64,000 nt of DNA from Haliotis rufescens (taxonomy: Eukaryota). The stretch is from contig NW_025963791.1 in NCBI RefSeq assembly GCF_023055435.1, positions 37,386,001 to 37,450,000 of the forward strand, in the 5' to 3' direction. Of this stretch, positions 47,617-61,075 are shown one piece after another. Both the position numbers and the translations under genes were made by a program. How positions within the stretch are numbered: the stretch's first letter is position 1; each line of letters starts with the position of its first letter. Below the pieces are notes generated by a model. That model saw only the letters and a list, made by a program, of their open reading frames with translations, was not told where the DNA came from and ran no database searches.

Positions 47617-48262
47617 TATGATTAGGGTATGATTTAAAAACGATATAACATGGCAATAGTTCAGTTAGCAGTTCTACAAACATGACTATTGTTAAATCAG
47701 TTCACGATTTCATTGTCAAAAGCAAAAGATTCGAGTAGCTTAATTTTATGCATGTAGTAATGGAAAACTGCTATATCTTATTTCACAGACACCACTTGTA
47801 TTGGCTTCATATATTTCATTTGTGCATTTAGTATGTTTATGTTTAGCACTATCTTACATATAATCTGATATATAACCAGTTGTTGCAAAGTTATTACCTG
47901 GAGAGGTATTTACATAAGCAAGTTTTGCTTGTTTACCGATCCAGATTTCTTTTGAAATAAAAATATGTTTAAACCATAAGGTATACAACATAAACATGAA
48001 ATAGTAAACATGTTCAATATACAACATAAACATGATATTGTGAACATGTTCAATGCTCTGTCTACATTGTCTACAGTGTGTATATTGTCTACAATTGTTA
48101 CCTTTGTCTACACTGTCTAGAATGTGTCCACAATGTTTACATTTGTCTACACAGTCTAGAATGTGTATACTGCCTACAACAGGTCCACAGTGTTTACACT
48201 TTGTCTACAATGTGTCTAATTTACTGCCCTTTATTTCCTCATGTCAATGCCACATGTTTAAT

Positions 48263-49216
48263 CATGTTGTTCATGCACATAATACTACTCATCATGCCCA
48301 CACAGCAGGCTCAATGTTGTTCATGCACATAATACTACTCATCATGCTCACACAGCAGACTCAATGTTGTTCATGCACACAATACTACTCATCATTCTCA
48401 CACAGCAGACTCAATGTTGTTCATGCACATAATACTACTCATCATGCTCACACAGCAGACTCAATGTTGTTCATGCACAAAAGACTACTCATCATGCCCA
48501 CATAGCAGACTCAATGTTGTTCATGCACATAATACTACTCATCATGCCCACACAGCAGACTCAATGTTGTTCATGCACATAATACTACTCATCATGCCCA
48601 CACAGCAGACTCAATGTTGTTCATGCACATAATACTACTCATCATGCTCACACAGCAGACTCAATGTTGTTCATGCACATAATACTACTCATCATGCCCA
48701 CACTGCAGACTCAATGTTGTTCATGCACATAATACTACTCATCATGCCCACACAGCAGACTCAATGTTGTTCATGCACATAATACTACTCATCATGCTCA
48801 CACAGCAGACTCAATGTTGTTCATGCACATAATACTACTCATCATGCTCACACAGCAGACTCAATGTTGTTCATGCACATAATACTACTCATCATGCTCA
48901 CACAGCAGACTCAATGTTGTTCATGCACATAATACTACTCATCATGCTCACACAGCAGACTCAATGTTGTTCATGCACATAATACTACTCATCATGCTCA
49001 CACAGCAGACTCAATGTTGTTCATGCACATAATACTACTCATCATGCCCACAAAGCAGACTCAATGTTGTTCATGCACATAATACTACTCATCATGCCCA
49101 CAAAGCAGACTCAATGTTGTTCATGCACATAATACTACTCATCATGCTCACACAGCAGACTCAATGTTGTTCATGCACATAATACTACTCATCATGCTCA
49201 CACAGCAGACTCAATG
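48263..49216. repeat. Minisatellite, 50-bp unit, about 19 copies
   Basis: tcaatgttgttcatgcacataatactactcatcatgctcacacagcagac tandem. Confidence 0.95.
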
Positions 49217-49427
49217 GCAACATTTCATCCTTAGACATTGATCCTAATGGCTCAAAATATACAACAAATACATCCAAGTCTTATATTCAGAAATACATGC
49301 ACAGCCCTTATCATTTAGTTCATGGGCTCTGATGTGTTAAAATGAAACAATTGTTAATATCAAACAATTATATTCTTGTAAAAGTACTTTAAAATAAAAA
49401 ACTGAGAACTGAGGATTAAAAAAACAT

Positions 49428-49988
49428 AAACAAGAGTCATCCTAAGATGACATATTCCCCAGACGTGGCATGTCGGTAAACTGTGTGTAAATAACAAACT
49501 GCACTACTAGTGAACATGATTGATATGTGCATAAAGTTTGGTGAATCTCTGTCGCATGGTTTAGAAGATATGCTCCAGACAGGACATTACCCTAAGTTCA
49601 TCAATTTTCAATTTAAATTGAAAAAAGAAAAAAAAAGAAAAAATCTGTTCATAGCAAAGGCACCACTACATAACCTGCTTGATAGGTGTAAAAACTTTTG
49701 AGAAGCTAAGTTGTATGGTTCCGGAGATATGGTCCGGACAAGAGCACTACCCTCAAATTTCCTAAGTTCATCATATTTCCATGGAAACGACAAAAATAAA
49801 AAATACTAAAAATCTCTAAATAGCAAAAGGCACTTCTTCTGAGCCTGATTGGTAAGTGTACCAAGTTTTGTGAAGCTAGGTTTAGGAAATATGCTCCGGA
49901 CAAACAATGATTACAGACGGACAGAAGGACGGACAGACGGACATACTGATGGCTATATCCCCCCGTCATTATATGTTGGGGGGATAAA
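49428..49988. mobile_element. Second HINE-like element with about 2 diverged core repeats
   Basis: aacaag + gtcatc..gatgac hairpin, (ggac/agac) microsatellite, tatccccc..gggggata terminus. Confidence 0.65.
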
Positions 49989-52524
49989 AAGGCTCAAGAA
50001 TGCAACCCTTGCCTTCACAATATCAAGAATAAATATCACCAGTTGTGTGGACAAATATGCATGAGGATATCAGAATGTTCCTGTGTCCAAGTACTGCCTT
50101 GTCTTGTTAACTGTCAACATGGTCAGATTAGTCATGCTGAGAGTCACTAGTTTGGTGTTGTGGCAAAGACTTGTTGCTGCTATTATTAATTCCAAGACTT
50201 AGAAAATAGTTTCAGTAATAAAGAATTTAATTGTACACTTACTACTAAGATGACATTTCTTCTACATAGGCAGACATATTTAGTATTCTCCTTTGTGCTT
50301 CTTGTTATTCATTAACTGTTGTGGTTAATCTGCTGCCTATCACAACATGTCATGTTATATATCACTCATCACTTGGTTGTAGTCACTCCATATTGATAAC
50401 GGTGTAAGAATCTATACAAAACGTTGCTAAATGCAAAAAAACAGAAGTTGTTGTCCATATAGTTGTATGGTCTCTTGTATAAGTTAACATCAGCCAGTTC
50501 CCCAAATACCCTTGACCTAGCAAGGAACATGACCTGCAGATTTACATTCATATTGAGAGTATACAAGAGTTGCTTAAGAATAAACCTAAATATAGACACA
50601 ACATACTATGTACATGTAGTACTGAAGTAAGTTTAAGTAAATAGGTGTCCTCTCGTCACGCACTACTTGTGTTCCTCAGTGGACATGGTGGAGAAAACCT
50701 TCATATGAATAATACCACCATGAATCATGGAAATACTTGATACTTAGAGGTATCAAATCACAATACCCACCTCTGATAGAAACTGCCAATTTGATGTCTA
50801 CATCTCTTGGAAAATGATATTAATTGAAAAGTACTTCATTCTCAGTCATTGTCGATAGGTATTATTAAATAATATGAACAATTACAGGCTATAAAATGCA
50901 GATTTGTGGTAACTACAATATTCAAAGTGAACATATTTTTTGCAGAAAACAGCATAGAATAAGATTAAGTGTGCATTTCAAGTTTTGGGGGCAACAGAGA
51001 GCTTGAAATTTGCTGAGTTTTTTAAAGCTGACTGTGAGGTCACATTTTCTGTGTATTCAGTTTCAATTCTTTTTGTTTGTTTGTTTGTCAGCGAGCCTCA
51101 CCACCCGATCCCATTAGTCAACTCTTACAACAAGCATAGTCGCCTTTTACAGCAAGCATGGGTCGCTGAAGACCTATTCTAACCCGGATCTTCATGGGTC
51201 CTGTTATACATGTTACATGTGTATCAGGTTGACACTTTTGTGGTCTCTTGTTGAAGGTCTCTTCATATTCTTTACAAGACAGGTATACAGTGTCAATTCA
51301 ATTTACCATGGTCAAATCAACAGTAACAGAGCTCTAAATTGAAAACACAGTATGTTTATCTCCCCATTGGTCTTCCACTTCCTACACATGTTGGCTTCTA
51401 CTTACAGGATACAAACAAGACCTTATCATCCTCGCCATATCAATGATGTGACCTAGGAGCGCCTTTAACATGTTCCAGAACACACATCAATCTTATTCCG
51501 AGAGCATTTGACCAATCAACAAGTATTCACTCATCATGACAACACTTCAATGTGGAGTTCAAATATATTCCGAGTTGGCATTTGATGAAAATTGGGTCAC
51601 ATGACTGTGAACTGACATTTATAAGTGTGTTAAAGACACAGTTTCATGTACATTTAGTACATGAATGTATTTCAGAACATTTTATACATATCGACAATTT
51701 TGGGAACCCTCTAGTCATGCTTGTGTTCAAATGTACATATTAAACCTAAGTTAAGAATTACTTTTTAGCCATGTTAGATATAATCATGATAATAGATATA
51801 ATCTTGAAACAAATGTATTTGAAAAGTCCATGACGGTATATCTAACTCGTGGAGATCTGATAACAAATTTGGTTTCAGCGTCCAATGCTTGTTAAAAATA
51901 ACCAACTTACAGGATCAGGTGGTCAGGTTAGCTACTTGCTTGATGCATGTCATCTTATCCTAATTGTGTATATCAAAGCTCATGTAAACATAGTCAATCA
52001 CTGGATTGTCTGGTCCAGACTCGATTATTTATAGACTACCGCGATATAGCTGGAATATTGCTGAGCGCAGCGTGAAACAAACAAACAAAACAGAATATCT
52101 TTCACTTGAACGAGCAATCCTTGTGAACCAACAGAAGGAATGCACACCAAAATGACTGACTCAGAGCCTAGTCTGACCCTGCTGACAGTCAACAGCGTTC
52201 TGCAACACTTATTTGATAATACGTTCACCTTTAAATGATCACTCAATTTCAGCAATCATGATTTAATAGATAATGGACACACTGCTCAGCATGCTCAGTG
52301 TCAGTGACGACTTTCAGAGATGATTTCCCTTCAACATTGATTGTGTACCTGATGTCAGAGCTTCACAGTGTGCTGTAAATTCTGTGAGACCTCACTGCAA
52401 TATAACAAAATCACAAGAAATGACTTTCTCTTTGCGAGGGTTCATTGAAGTGTGAAATGTCATCAACAGAAATTGGTTTTACCATTGCTTTGAACAGTAT
52501 TACGATCATATCATGATATGTACA

Positions 52525-55435
52525 GTCTATACTGTCCCTTTGAGCATGGTGAGGGTTTATACTGCCCCTTTAAGCATGGTGAGGGTCTATACTGCCCCTT
52601 GAGCATGGTGAGGGTCTATACTGCCCCTTTAAGCATGGTGAGGGTCTTTACTGCCCCTTTAAGCATGGTGAGGGTCTATACTGCCCCTTGAGCATGGTGA
52701 GGGTCTAATGCCCCTTGAGCATGGTGAGGGTCTATACTGCCCCTTGAGCATGGTGAGGGTCTATACTGCCCCTTGAGCATGGTGAGGGTCTATACTGCCA
52801 CTTGAGCATAGTACGGGTCTATACTGCCCCTTGAGCATGGTGAGGGTCTATACTGCCACTTGAGCATGGTGAGGGTCTATACTGCCCCTTGAGCATGGTG
52901 AGGGTCTATACGTCCCTTGAGCATGGTGAGGGTCTATACTGCCCCTTGAGCATGGTGAGGGTCTATACTGTCCCTTTAAGCATGGTGAGGGTCTATACTG
53001 CCCCTTGAGCATGGTGAGGGTCTATACTGCCCCTTGAGCATGGTGAGGGTCTATACTGCCCCTTGAGCATGGTGAGGTCTATACTGTCCATTGAGCATAG
53101 TGAGGGTCTATACTGCCCCTGAGCATGGTGAGCATGGTGAGGTCTATACTGTCCAATGAGCATGGTGAGGTCTATACTGCCCCTTGAGCATGGTGAGGTC
53201 TATACTATCCCTTGAGCATAGTGAGGTCTATACTGCCCCTTGAGCATGGTGAGGTCTATACTGTCCATTAAGCATAGTGAGGGTCTATACTGCCCCTGAG
53301 CATGGTGAGCATGGTGAGGTCTATACTGTCTAATGAGCATGGTGAGGTCTATACTGCCCCTTGAGCATGGTGAGGTCAATACTATCCCTTGAGCATAGTG
53401 AGGTCTATACTGCCCCTTGAGCATGGTGAGGTCTATACTGTCCATTGAGCATAGTGAGGGTCTATACTGCCCCTGAGCATGGTGAGCATGGTGAGGTCTA
53501 TACGTCCCCTTGAGCATGTTGAGGGTCTGTACTGCCCCTTGAGCATGGTTAGGGTCTACACTGTTCCTTGAGCATGGTGAGGGTCTATACTGTCCCTTGA
53601 GCATGGTGAGGTCTATACTGCCCCTTGAGCATGGTGAGGTCTATACTATCCCTTGAGCATAGTGAGGTCTATACTGTCCCTTGAGCATGGTGAGGTCTAT
53701 ACTATCCCTCGAGAATGGTGAGGGTCTATACTGTCCCTTGAGGACTGTAGGGGTCTATACTGCCCTTGAGCATGGTGAGGGTCTATACTGCCCCTTGAGC
53801 ATGGTGAGGGTATATACTGCCCCTTGAGGATGGTGAGAGTCTTTACTGCCCTTGAGCATGGTGAGCATGGTGAGGGTCTATACTGCCCCTTGAGCATAGT
53901 ACGGGTCTATACTGCCCCTTGAGCATGGTGAGGGTCTATACTGCCCCTTGAGCATGGTGAGGGTCTACACTGCCCCTTGAGCATGGTGAGGTCTATACTG
54001 TCCCTTGAGTATAGTGTGGGTCTATACTGCCCCTTGAGGATGGTGAGGGTTTTTTACCTGCCTTTGAGCATGGTGAGGGTCTATACTGCCCCTTGGGCAT
54101 GGTGAGGGTCTATACTGACCCTTGAGCATAGTGAGGGTCTATACTGTCCCTTGAGTATAGTGTGGGTCTATACTGCCCCTTGAGGATGGTCAGGGTCTAT
54201 ACCTGCCTTTGAGCATGGTGAGGGTCTACCGTATTTTCTTGAGTATAGAGCGCATTTTTTTTCGAAAAAACACAGCTTTGAGGAAGGGGGTGCGCATTAT
54301 CCACGAATTATGAGTTTGGATGGTTTTTTCCCCCATGGAAAGACATTACCTTGAGCACGAAACACCGGAAATACCAGGTCAACAAATCCATACTGAAGTA
54401 CTCAAAATAATTATGTAATTACACTGTCTGGCTATAAAAAGTGTTCTTTGTATATCTGGTCTTATGTTTGTAACTTACTTCATTAATTTTATTCAAGATT
54501 CCTTATAATATTGTTTTTATTAATTTCGGCGAAATCGTGTGTGAAGCGATCGGAAGATCGCACAACTCACCGTTATTAACAGCAACCACGGTCAGAATAC
54601 CGCTATTGACGCCTTGAAATGAACTTTAGTTGACAGAGAATGGATACATATATCATAAATGACATACTTTGACTCGTTAAAAGTCATATTTGTTTTTGTT
54701 TGACGATTCTATGTCAACATGAAATTCTCGCGATCATGTGTTCACATGCGCGTGAGCCTTAACGGTGACTGGCCAGACATGTTCCATGTAAAAAATAATC
54801 CCCGGGAATAGCGATCAGCTGCTTCGCTTAGGGTTATTATTATTTTAAATATGTTTAGTAAAGGCTGCATATAATTAAGAAAATAACGGAATATATTATT
54901 CCTGATAAATAAAATAGTTTCAGATACAATTGTTGCCGATTCTTGCATTAAAAATCCTATAAAGTTATATCATTGGGTGTGTCTTGACCGAATCACCGGT
55001 CGATTCCAAGAAAACGTGTGTACAGCTGATTGCTGTTTCCGGCTTAGTTTACAAGAAAATACACAAGGTAATCTTAATCCCTAGATATAAATCAATGCCT
55101 AGCAGAACAATAAATACTATTTAAACGGTAAATAAACATGTATTCGAATTTGTACTGACGAAGTTTCTCAGCACCCGTTCGTTTGCAGGACTTCGCTGAA
55201 AGGGTACGGGGTAAATTTTTTCTGCGCATAATATTCAAATTTCTTTTTTTCCAAAATATTGAACCCGCTAGAGGGGGGTGCGCATTATACATGGGTGCGC
55301 ACTATACTCAAGAAAATACGGTATACTGCCCCTTGGGCATGGTGAGGGTCTATACTGCCCCTTGAGCATGGTGAGGGTCTATACGTCCCCTTGGGCATGG
55401 TGAAGGTCTATACTGCCACTTGAGTATAGTGAGCA
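52525..55435. repeat. Minisatellite, about 29-30-bp unit (gagcatggtgagggtctatactgcccctt), interrupted by a DNA transposon
   Basis: Tandem copies on both sides of 54229-55321. Confidence 0.93.
54229..55321 (+). mobile_element. Non-autonomous Tc1/mariner-superfamily (pogo/Tc2-like) DNA transposon, family A
   Basis: TIR ccgtattttcttgagtatag..gcgca / ..ctatactcaagaaaatacgg; TA target duplication inside a satellite unit. Confidence 0.88.
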
Positions 55436-56366
55436 TCACAAGGATGTAAAACAGATGGATAGTTCACACAAATCATACTTGAGAGGCTTAGCTGTTGAAC
55501 AGACTGGGTCTGTTTGATCTGCTTGACATATTATATCAATATTGCAGGGATCTATCATTTAAAGTCATGTTTATTCATAGCATAATAATAGGCATGCATA
55601 AAACTCTTTCTCACATAAATGTCACTGAGGAAGTATATTTCTTTTGATCATATTTATATCATTTCCAGTTTTCTGTGATCTTCAGTTACATCCTGTTAAA
55701 CATTGTCAGTATATCAAAGTTTGCACAATGAGACACGTCTGTGATAAAAATGAAATACTGGAATAAACTTAAAAGCCCTTTCAACATGTGTCTGGTGATA
55801 ATATTGTGTGAAAAGTCATTAGTTCCATAACATGTTTATGCAGGAGAGATTGTGTTGCATACACAAAGTTTTACTGCGCCCTCCCAAAGTGAGGCAGCGT
55901 ATCTAGATTGTGTGGTAATTACATCAAGTTTCACCTGGAGTGAGACGTCAGCAGCCTTTGTATGACTGTGTGTGCACAGTGCAAATACAGGACGTCAGTC
56001 TCACATGGCAGCATCATAAATAACCATGTCAACATTCACAGAGATGTTTGATTATGACAAAAGTCAAGGACTTTCACATGATAAATAATGAACGCAGGTA
56101 AACAAATTGTTTACGTCATTGTGTAAGTTTGGATTTCATATATAGATGTGCATTCTTTAGGTGCATTTGGTTTCTGAAACAGATTAACTATGAAGATACA
56201 TCTAGAGACGTTTTTCCCATGTTCTTCACCAAACTAAATAAAGTAAATCTTTATGTACTCAGTTAAATCAACATGGCACTTAACATATTGAAGAGACATA
56301 ATTCAACATGTTTGAGACAATATATCATTCAACATATTTAAGACAATATATCATTTAACATGTTTA

Positions 56367-57338
56367 AAACAAGTATTTGTCACAAAGTGACGAAATGTCC
56401 CCCGCCTGTATATACACCATAGTACCAAATATGAAGACAATCCAGCGATTAGTTCTTGAGATATTGCGGCAACACCGTTTTCCAACTCCAAAAACATATT
56501 TGCCTGCTGTGACCTTGAAAATGGGGTCAAGGTCACCAAAACTGACTGGTGTATGCGGTGTCTGTATATACACCATAGTTCCAAATATGAAGACAATCCA
56601 GCGATTAGTTCTTGAGATATCGCGGCAACACCGTTTTCCAACTCCAAAAACAGATTTGCCTGCTGTGACCTTGAAAATGGGGTCAAGGTCACCAAAACCG
56701 ACTGGTGTCTGCGGAGTCTGTATATACACCATAGTTCCAAATATGAAGACAATCCAGCGATTAGTTCTTGAGATATCGCGGCAACACCGTTTTCCAACTC
56801 CAAAAGCAGATTTGCCTGCTGTGACCTTGAAAATGGGATCAAGGTCACCAAAACCGACTGGTGTCTGCGGAGTCTGTATATACACCATAGTTCCAAATAT
56901 GAAGACAATACAGTGTTTAGTTCTTGAGATATCGCGGCAACACCGTTTTCCAACTCCAAAAGCAGATTTGCCTGCTGTGACCTTGAAAATGGGGTCAAGG
57001 TCACCAAAACCGACTGGTGTCTGCGGAGTCTGTATATACACCATAGTTCCAAATATGAAGACAATTCAGCAATTAGTTCTTGAGATATCGCGGCAACACC
57101 GTTTTCCAACTCCAAAAGCAGATTTGCCTGATGTGACCTTGAAAATGGGATCAAGGTCACCAAAACCGACTGGTGTCTGCGGAATTTGTATATACACCAT
57201 AGTTCCAAATATGAAGACAATCCAGTGTTTAGTTCTTGAGATATCGCGGCAACAAACAGGTGGGACGTACGGACGGACGTACGGACGGTCGTGAATACTA
57301 TATCCCCCGCTTCGCGCTTTCGCGCGGCGGGGGACAAC
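56367..57338. mobile_element. Helentron/HINE (pearl/DINE-1-like) non-autonomous element carrying about 5.4 tandem 156-bp core repeats
   Basis: acaag end, short hairpin, 156-bp units with tgaccttga..tcaaggtca palindrome, (ggac)-type microsatellite, terminal ccccgc..gcgggg hairpin. Confidence 0.75.
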
Positions 57339-57417
57339 AACATATCACTTCAACATGTTTGAAACAACATATCATTTCAACATGTTTGAGACAATATATC
57401 ATTTTAGATTGAGGTGT

Positions 57418-57745
57418 GGTGGTCATGATGGGGTGGTGGGTGTTCATGATGGGGTGGTGGGTGTTCATGATGGGATGGTGGGTGTTCATGATGGGGTGGT
57501 GGGTGTTCATGATGGGATGGTGGGTGTTCATGATGGGGTGGTGAGTTTTCATGATGGGGTGGTGGGTGTTCATGATGGGGTGGTGGGTGTTCATGATGGG
57601 GTGGTGGGTGTTCATGATGGGGTGGTGGGTGTTCATGATGGGTTGGTGGGTGTTCATGATGGGGTGGTGGGTGTTCATGATGGGGTGGTGGGTGTTCATG
57701 ATGGGATGGTGGGTGGTCATGATGGGATGGTGGGTGGTCATGTTT
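57418..57745. repeat. Minisatellite, 21-bp G-rich unit (gtgggtgttcatgatggggtg)
   Basis: About 15 tandem copies. Confidence 0.93.
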
Positions 57746-58040
57746 GGGGCGATGGGTGGTAGGAGATTGTGAAGAGGGTGCAAGGGGTGTAAGAGCATTT
57801 GATAGGCTGACTTGTAGGGTCGGTCCTGAGTTGGACTATGTGGACTATGTGGTAATATACTGTTTCATGACAACAACAATAAAACTCAATTGTTACAATG
57901 GTTACACTACACCTCGCTCATGCTCACATTACTTTCTGTCTATGCACACATTCCTTCAGACTTTTATATGACTAAGTAAAGACAAAGCTTCAGTAAACTT
58001 CAGTGTACGCATGACCATATTTTATATATGGATATAAATA

Positions 58041-58383
58041 CCGTATTCGACGTAATAAGCGCCCAGGGCACTCTCAAAATTAGAAATAGGGGGCTCTTAT
58101 TAGAATATTATTTTGGTGAAAAAAAATAGTTGAAATATAAATTTTGTGGTTTATGCTGACAACCTAAAATGTTTTTATACAACAGATATATTTTTCCTGA
58201 ATTTCATTGCCCATAATTAAAGGTGCATATAACACATGAGTGTGTATTATACGCGAATAAATAAGTCTTTTGTACATTGATCAAACGAAAGGGATGCTAA
58301 TTGGGATTGTTCACTAGCCAATGTATTAGCAAATATCGCCGTGGGCGCTTATTAGAGCGGGGCGCTTATTACGTCGAATACGG
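58041..58383 (-). mobile_element. MITE family B, inverted copy nested in a hAT-like MITE
   Basis: Same TIRs, TA flanks. Confidence 0.9.
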
Positions 58384-59065
58384 TAGTTTTTATATTTGTA
58401 AGAGCTTCGGTAAAGCAATTCCCAAAGAGACATTTTGTACCCAACTCTCGAGACCTACAGCAATACCCAGGTAGGGTTGGGTAATAGGGAGGAATTCGGG
58501 GTACCCGAGGAGTAAAATTGGACTCGTCCCTGCCCAAGTGTGTATACAACGGATATGTGCATCAACATGACCTCAGGCACACAATATTCCAATGCTGTCA
58601 CGTTTTGTTCAAGCATTACTGTCCAAGGTTGTGCAATAAAATTGGGTCAAGCCAAAATATAACTCCATAATTCCAGCCTTGTTTGGCAAGAGTAGAAGCT
58701 GGACTCCCTTGCCTTGGGAAGATGCTGACCCTTTCATACCATTTAGAAAAACGTAATGGTAATTATTACTGGTAAAGTCAGAGAAAAGTTTACTGGCAAT
58801 TACTTTAAGGTAAGTCACAGAAAGACCTACTGGTAATTAGTATTGAAAAAGTCAGTGTGTTAGTTTTTATTTAACGCCACACTCAGCAATATTCCAGCTA
58901 TATGTCTGCAGCCAGTAAACAATCAAGTCTGGGCCAGGCAATCCAGTGATTAAGATTATGAGTAAAGATTTTACACGTCAGGGTATGATAGTCAGAGGAA
59001 AACTTACTTACTGGTAATTATTGATAAAGCTATCAAATATTCAGAAGTGACATGTTTTCAGACTA

Positions 59066-59405
59066 CCGTATTCGACGTAATAAGCGCCCCGCTCTAATAA
59101 GCGCCCATGGCGACATTTGCTCAGATATTGGCTAGTGAACAATCCCAATTAGCACCCCTTCCGATTGATCAATGTACACAAGACTTATTTATTTGCGTAT
59201 AATATGCACTCGTGTGTTATATGCACCCTTAATTATGGGCATTTAATTCTGGAAAAATATATCTGTCGTACAACATTTCAGGCTGTCAGCATTAACCACA
59301 AAATTTATCTTTCAACTCTGTTTTTTTCACCAAAATAACATTCTAATAAGAGCCCCCTATTTCTAATTTTGAGAGCGCCCTGGGCGCTTATTACGTCGAA
59401 TACGG
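59066..59405 (+). mobile_element. MITE family B copy
   Basis: Same TIRs, TA flanks. Confidence 0.9.
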
Positions 59406-60223
59406 TATGTCAAAATAGACTCCACAAGTGAAGGATATTTCAAGATTTTGCCAAGAATCTGACCTTTACCCTTTTTACATTAAGCATGGAAAAGGGTCAT
59501 CATTGTCTTTAGATTTTGCCATTATTTACCAAAATTTGGTATTATCAACTGGGCAACCAAATAGGTTTACCAAATCAATGTAACATGTAACAATTTCTTC
59601 AGCATGTTCAGTGTTGATGTTGACGTTAGTATATAGAGATTTGCCTATATACAACATGCTCAATAGCTGTCACATTGCATTGGTGATTCTCTTGGTTCAA
59701 GTTTTGTTGAAGGTATACAGAGACTTCAAATAGAGGAATGCAGATCTACAAAGTATATCATTCATAACAGTTCATAAATACCCTCTTTGTTTATCTGTAT
59801 TTAAATGGCAGGGACTGTGATCCATAACTGAAGCAGTTAAGGCCACAGATACTGTCCTCAATAACTCAGGTGTTGGAAGACATGAAAGAGACGGTCATAA
59901 TGCAAATACCTTACCCGTCTTGATTGGTGTCACACCTCTGTCTAGTGGATAGAGAGGTCAAGGTCGGTGGTTTGATCCCTGGCCACGTCATACCAAAAAA
60001 TTACCAACAGATGGCACTTGGCACTCATTTCATGTTTTTAAGTGCAACAAAATTTGCATTTAGTCATCGTCATCCAATTTCCATTTATATTCTGATTACC
60101 TATGTTTACTCCTAAGAACTTTAATTACTTCATATACGGTAGTTGACAAGCAAGAATCCTATAGTTAACCATTCATCATTCTCACACCTTCATTGAAAGG
60201 CCTACACAGTCATGGTAGTTAGG

Positions 60224-60371
60224 CTGCCAATCAGGATCTAAAGTCAGTGTGACATACATCTAGACAAAGCTACAACAGTATGCCAATAGGTAAAGAATAT
60301 CTATGTGCACATCTACCTGTTGTAGCTTTGTCTAGATGTATGTCACACTGCCTTTAGATCGTGATTGGCAG
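60224..60371. repeat. Near-perfect inverted repeat (55-bp arms, 38-nt spacer)
   Basis: 60224-60278 is complementary to 60317-60371 with 2 mismatches. Confidence 0.9.
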
Positions 60372-60667
60372 TTAATATTTTTTCAAAAAGGGTAAAAAAT
60401 GCAAAAACTGGCCAAATTGAATTTCTACACAGAGTTATGGGAATTGAATTGCCGCATAGGCAAGAGGTCACCCTGACTGATTACAGGGTGGAGATTAAAA
60501 TCTGTTTTCTGTTGGTATTACTGACTTGTAAGCATGATGTCTGCCAACATGGCTAAGGGTACTATGAACAAACCAGAAGTTTCATAAACAAATGTACTGG
60601 TAAACATAAGAATGCTAATTCCACCAATCTTATTTCATAAATTTTAGAAACAGTCCAAGGGCATCTA

Positions 60668-61075
60668 CCATATTTTCTTGAGTATAGTGCGCACCCATTT
60701 ATAATGCGCACCACCCCTCTAGCGGGTTCAGTATTTTGGAGAAAAAAAAAATCGAAAAAAAATTACACCGTAGATTTACCCCTTCAGCATGTTCAGCGAA
60801 GTCCGGCAAACGAACGGGTGAATTTAAGATTAAAAAAATCACCAGACATGTTGATTTACCATTTAAATAGTATTTATTGTTCTTCTAGGCATTGTTTTAT
60901 ATCCAAGGATTAAGATTACCTTGTGTATTTTCTCGTAAACTAAGCCGGAAACAGCAATCAGCTGTACACACGTTTTCTTGGAATCGACCGGTGATTCGGT
61001 CAAGACACACCCAATGATATAACTTTACAGAATTTTTATGCAAGGATCGGCAAAAATTGTATCTGAAACTATTTT
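60668..61075 (-). mobile_element. Truncated inverted copy of family A TIR element
   Basis: One TIR plus about 400 bp matching the reverse complement of about 54915-55321. Confidence 0.82.

Noticed and set aside
51405-51440. Possible upstream ATG exon (MARMIRSCLYP|gtaagt)
   Set aside because: Splicing to 46433 is out of frame with the signal peptide and stops quickly; the 5'UTR exon and promoter could not be located.
56351-57343. Overlapping 330/305/226-aa ORFs as a protein-coding gene
   Set aside because: Explained by 156-bp repeats within a HINE-like element; no domain motifs.
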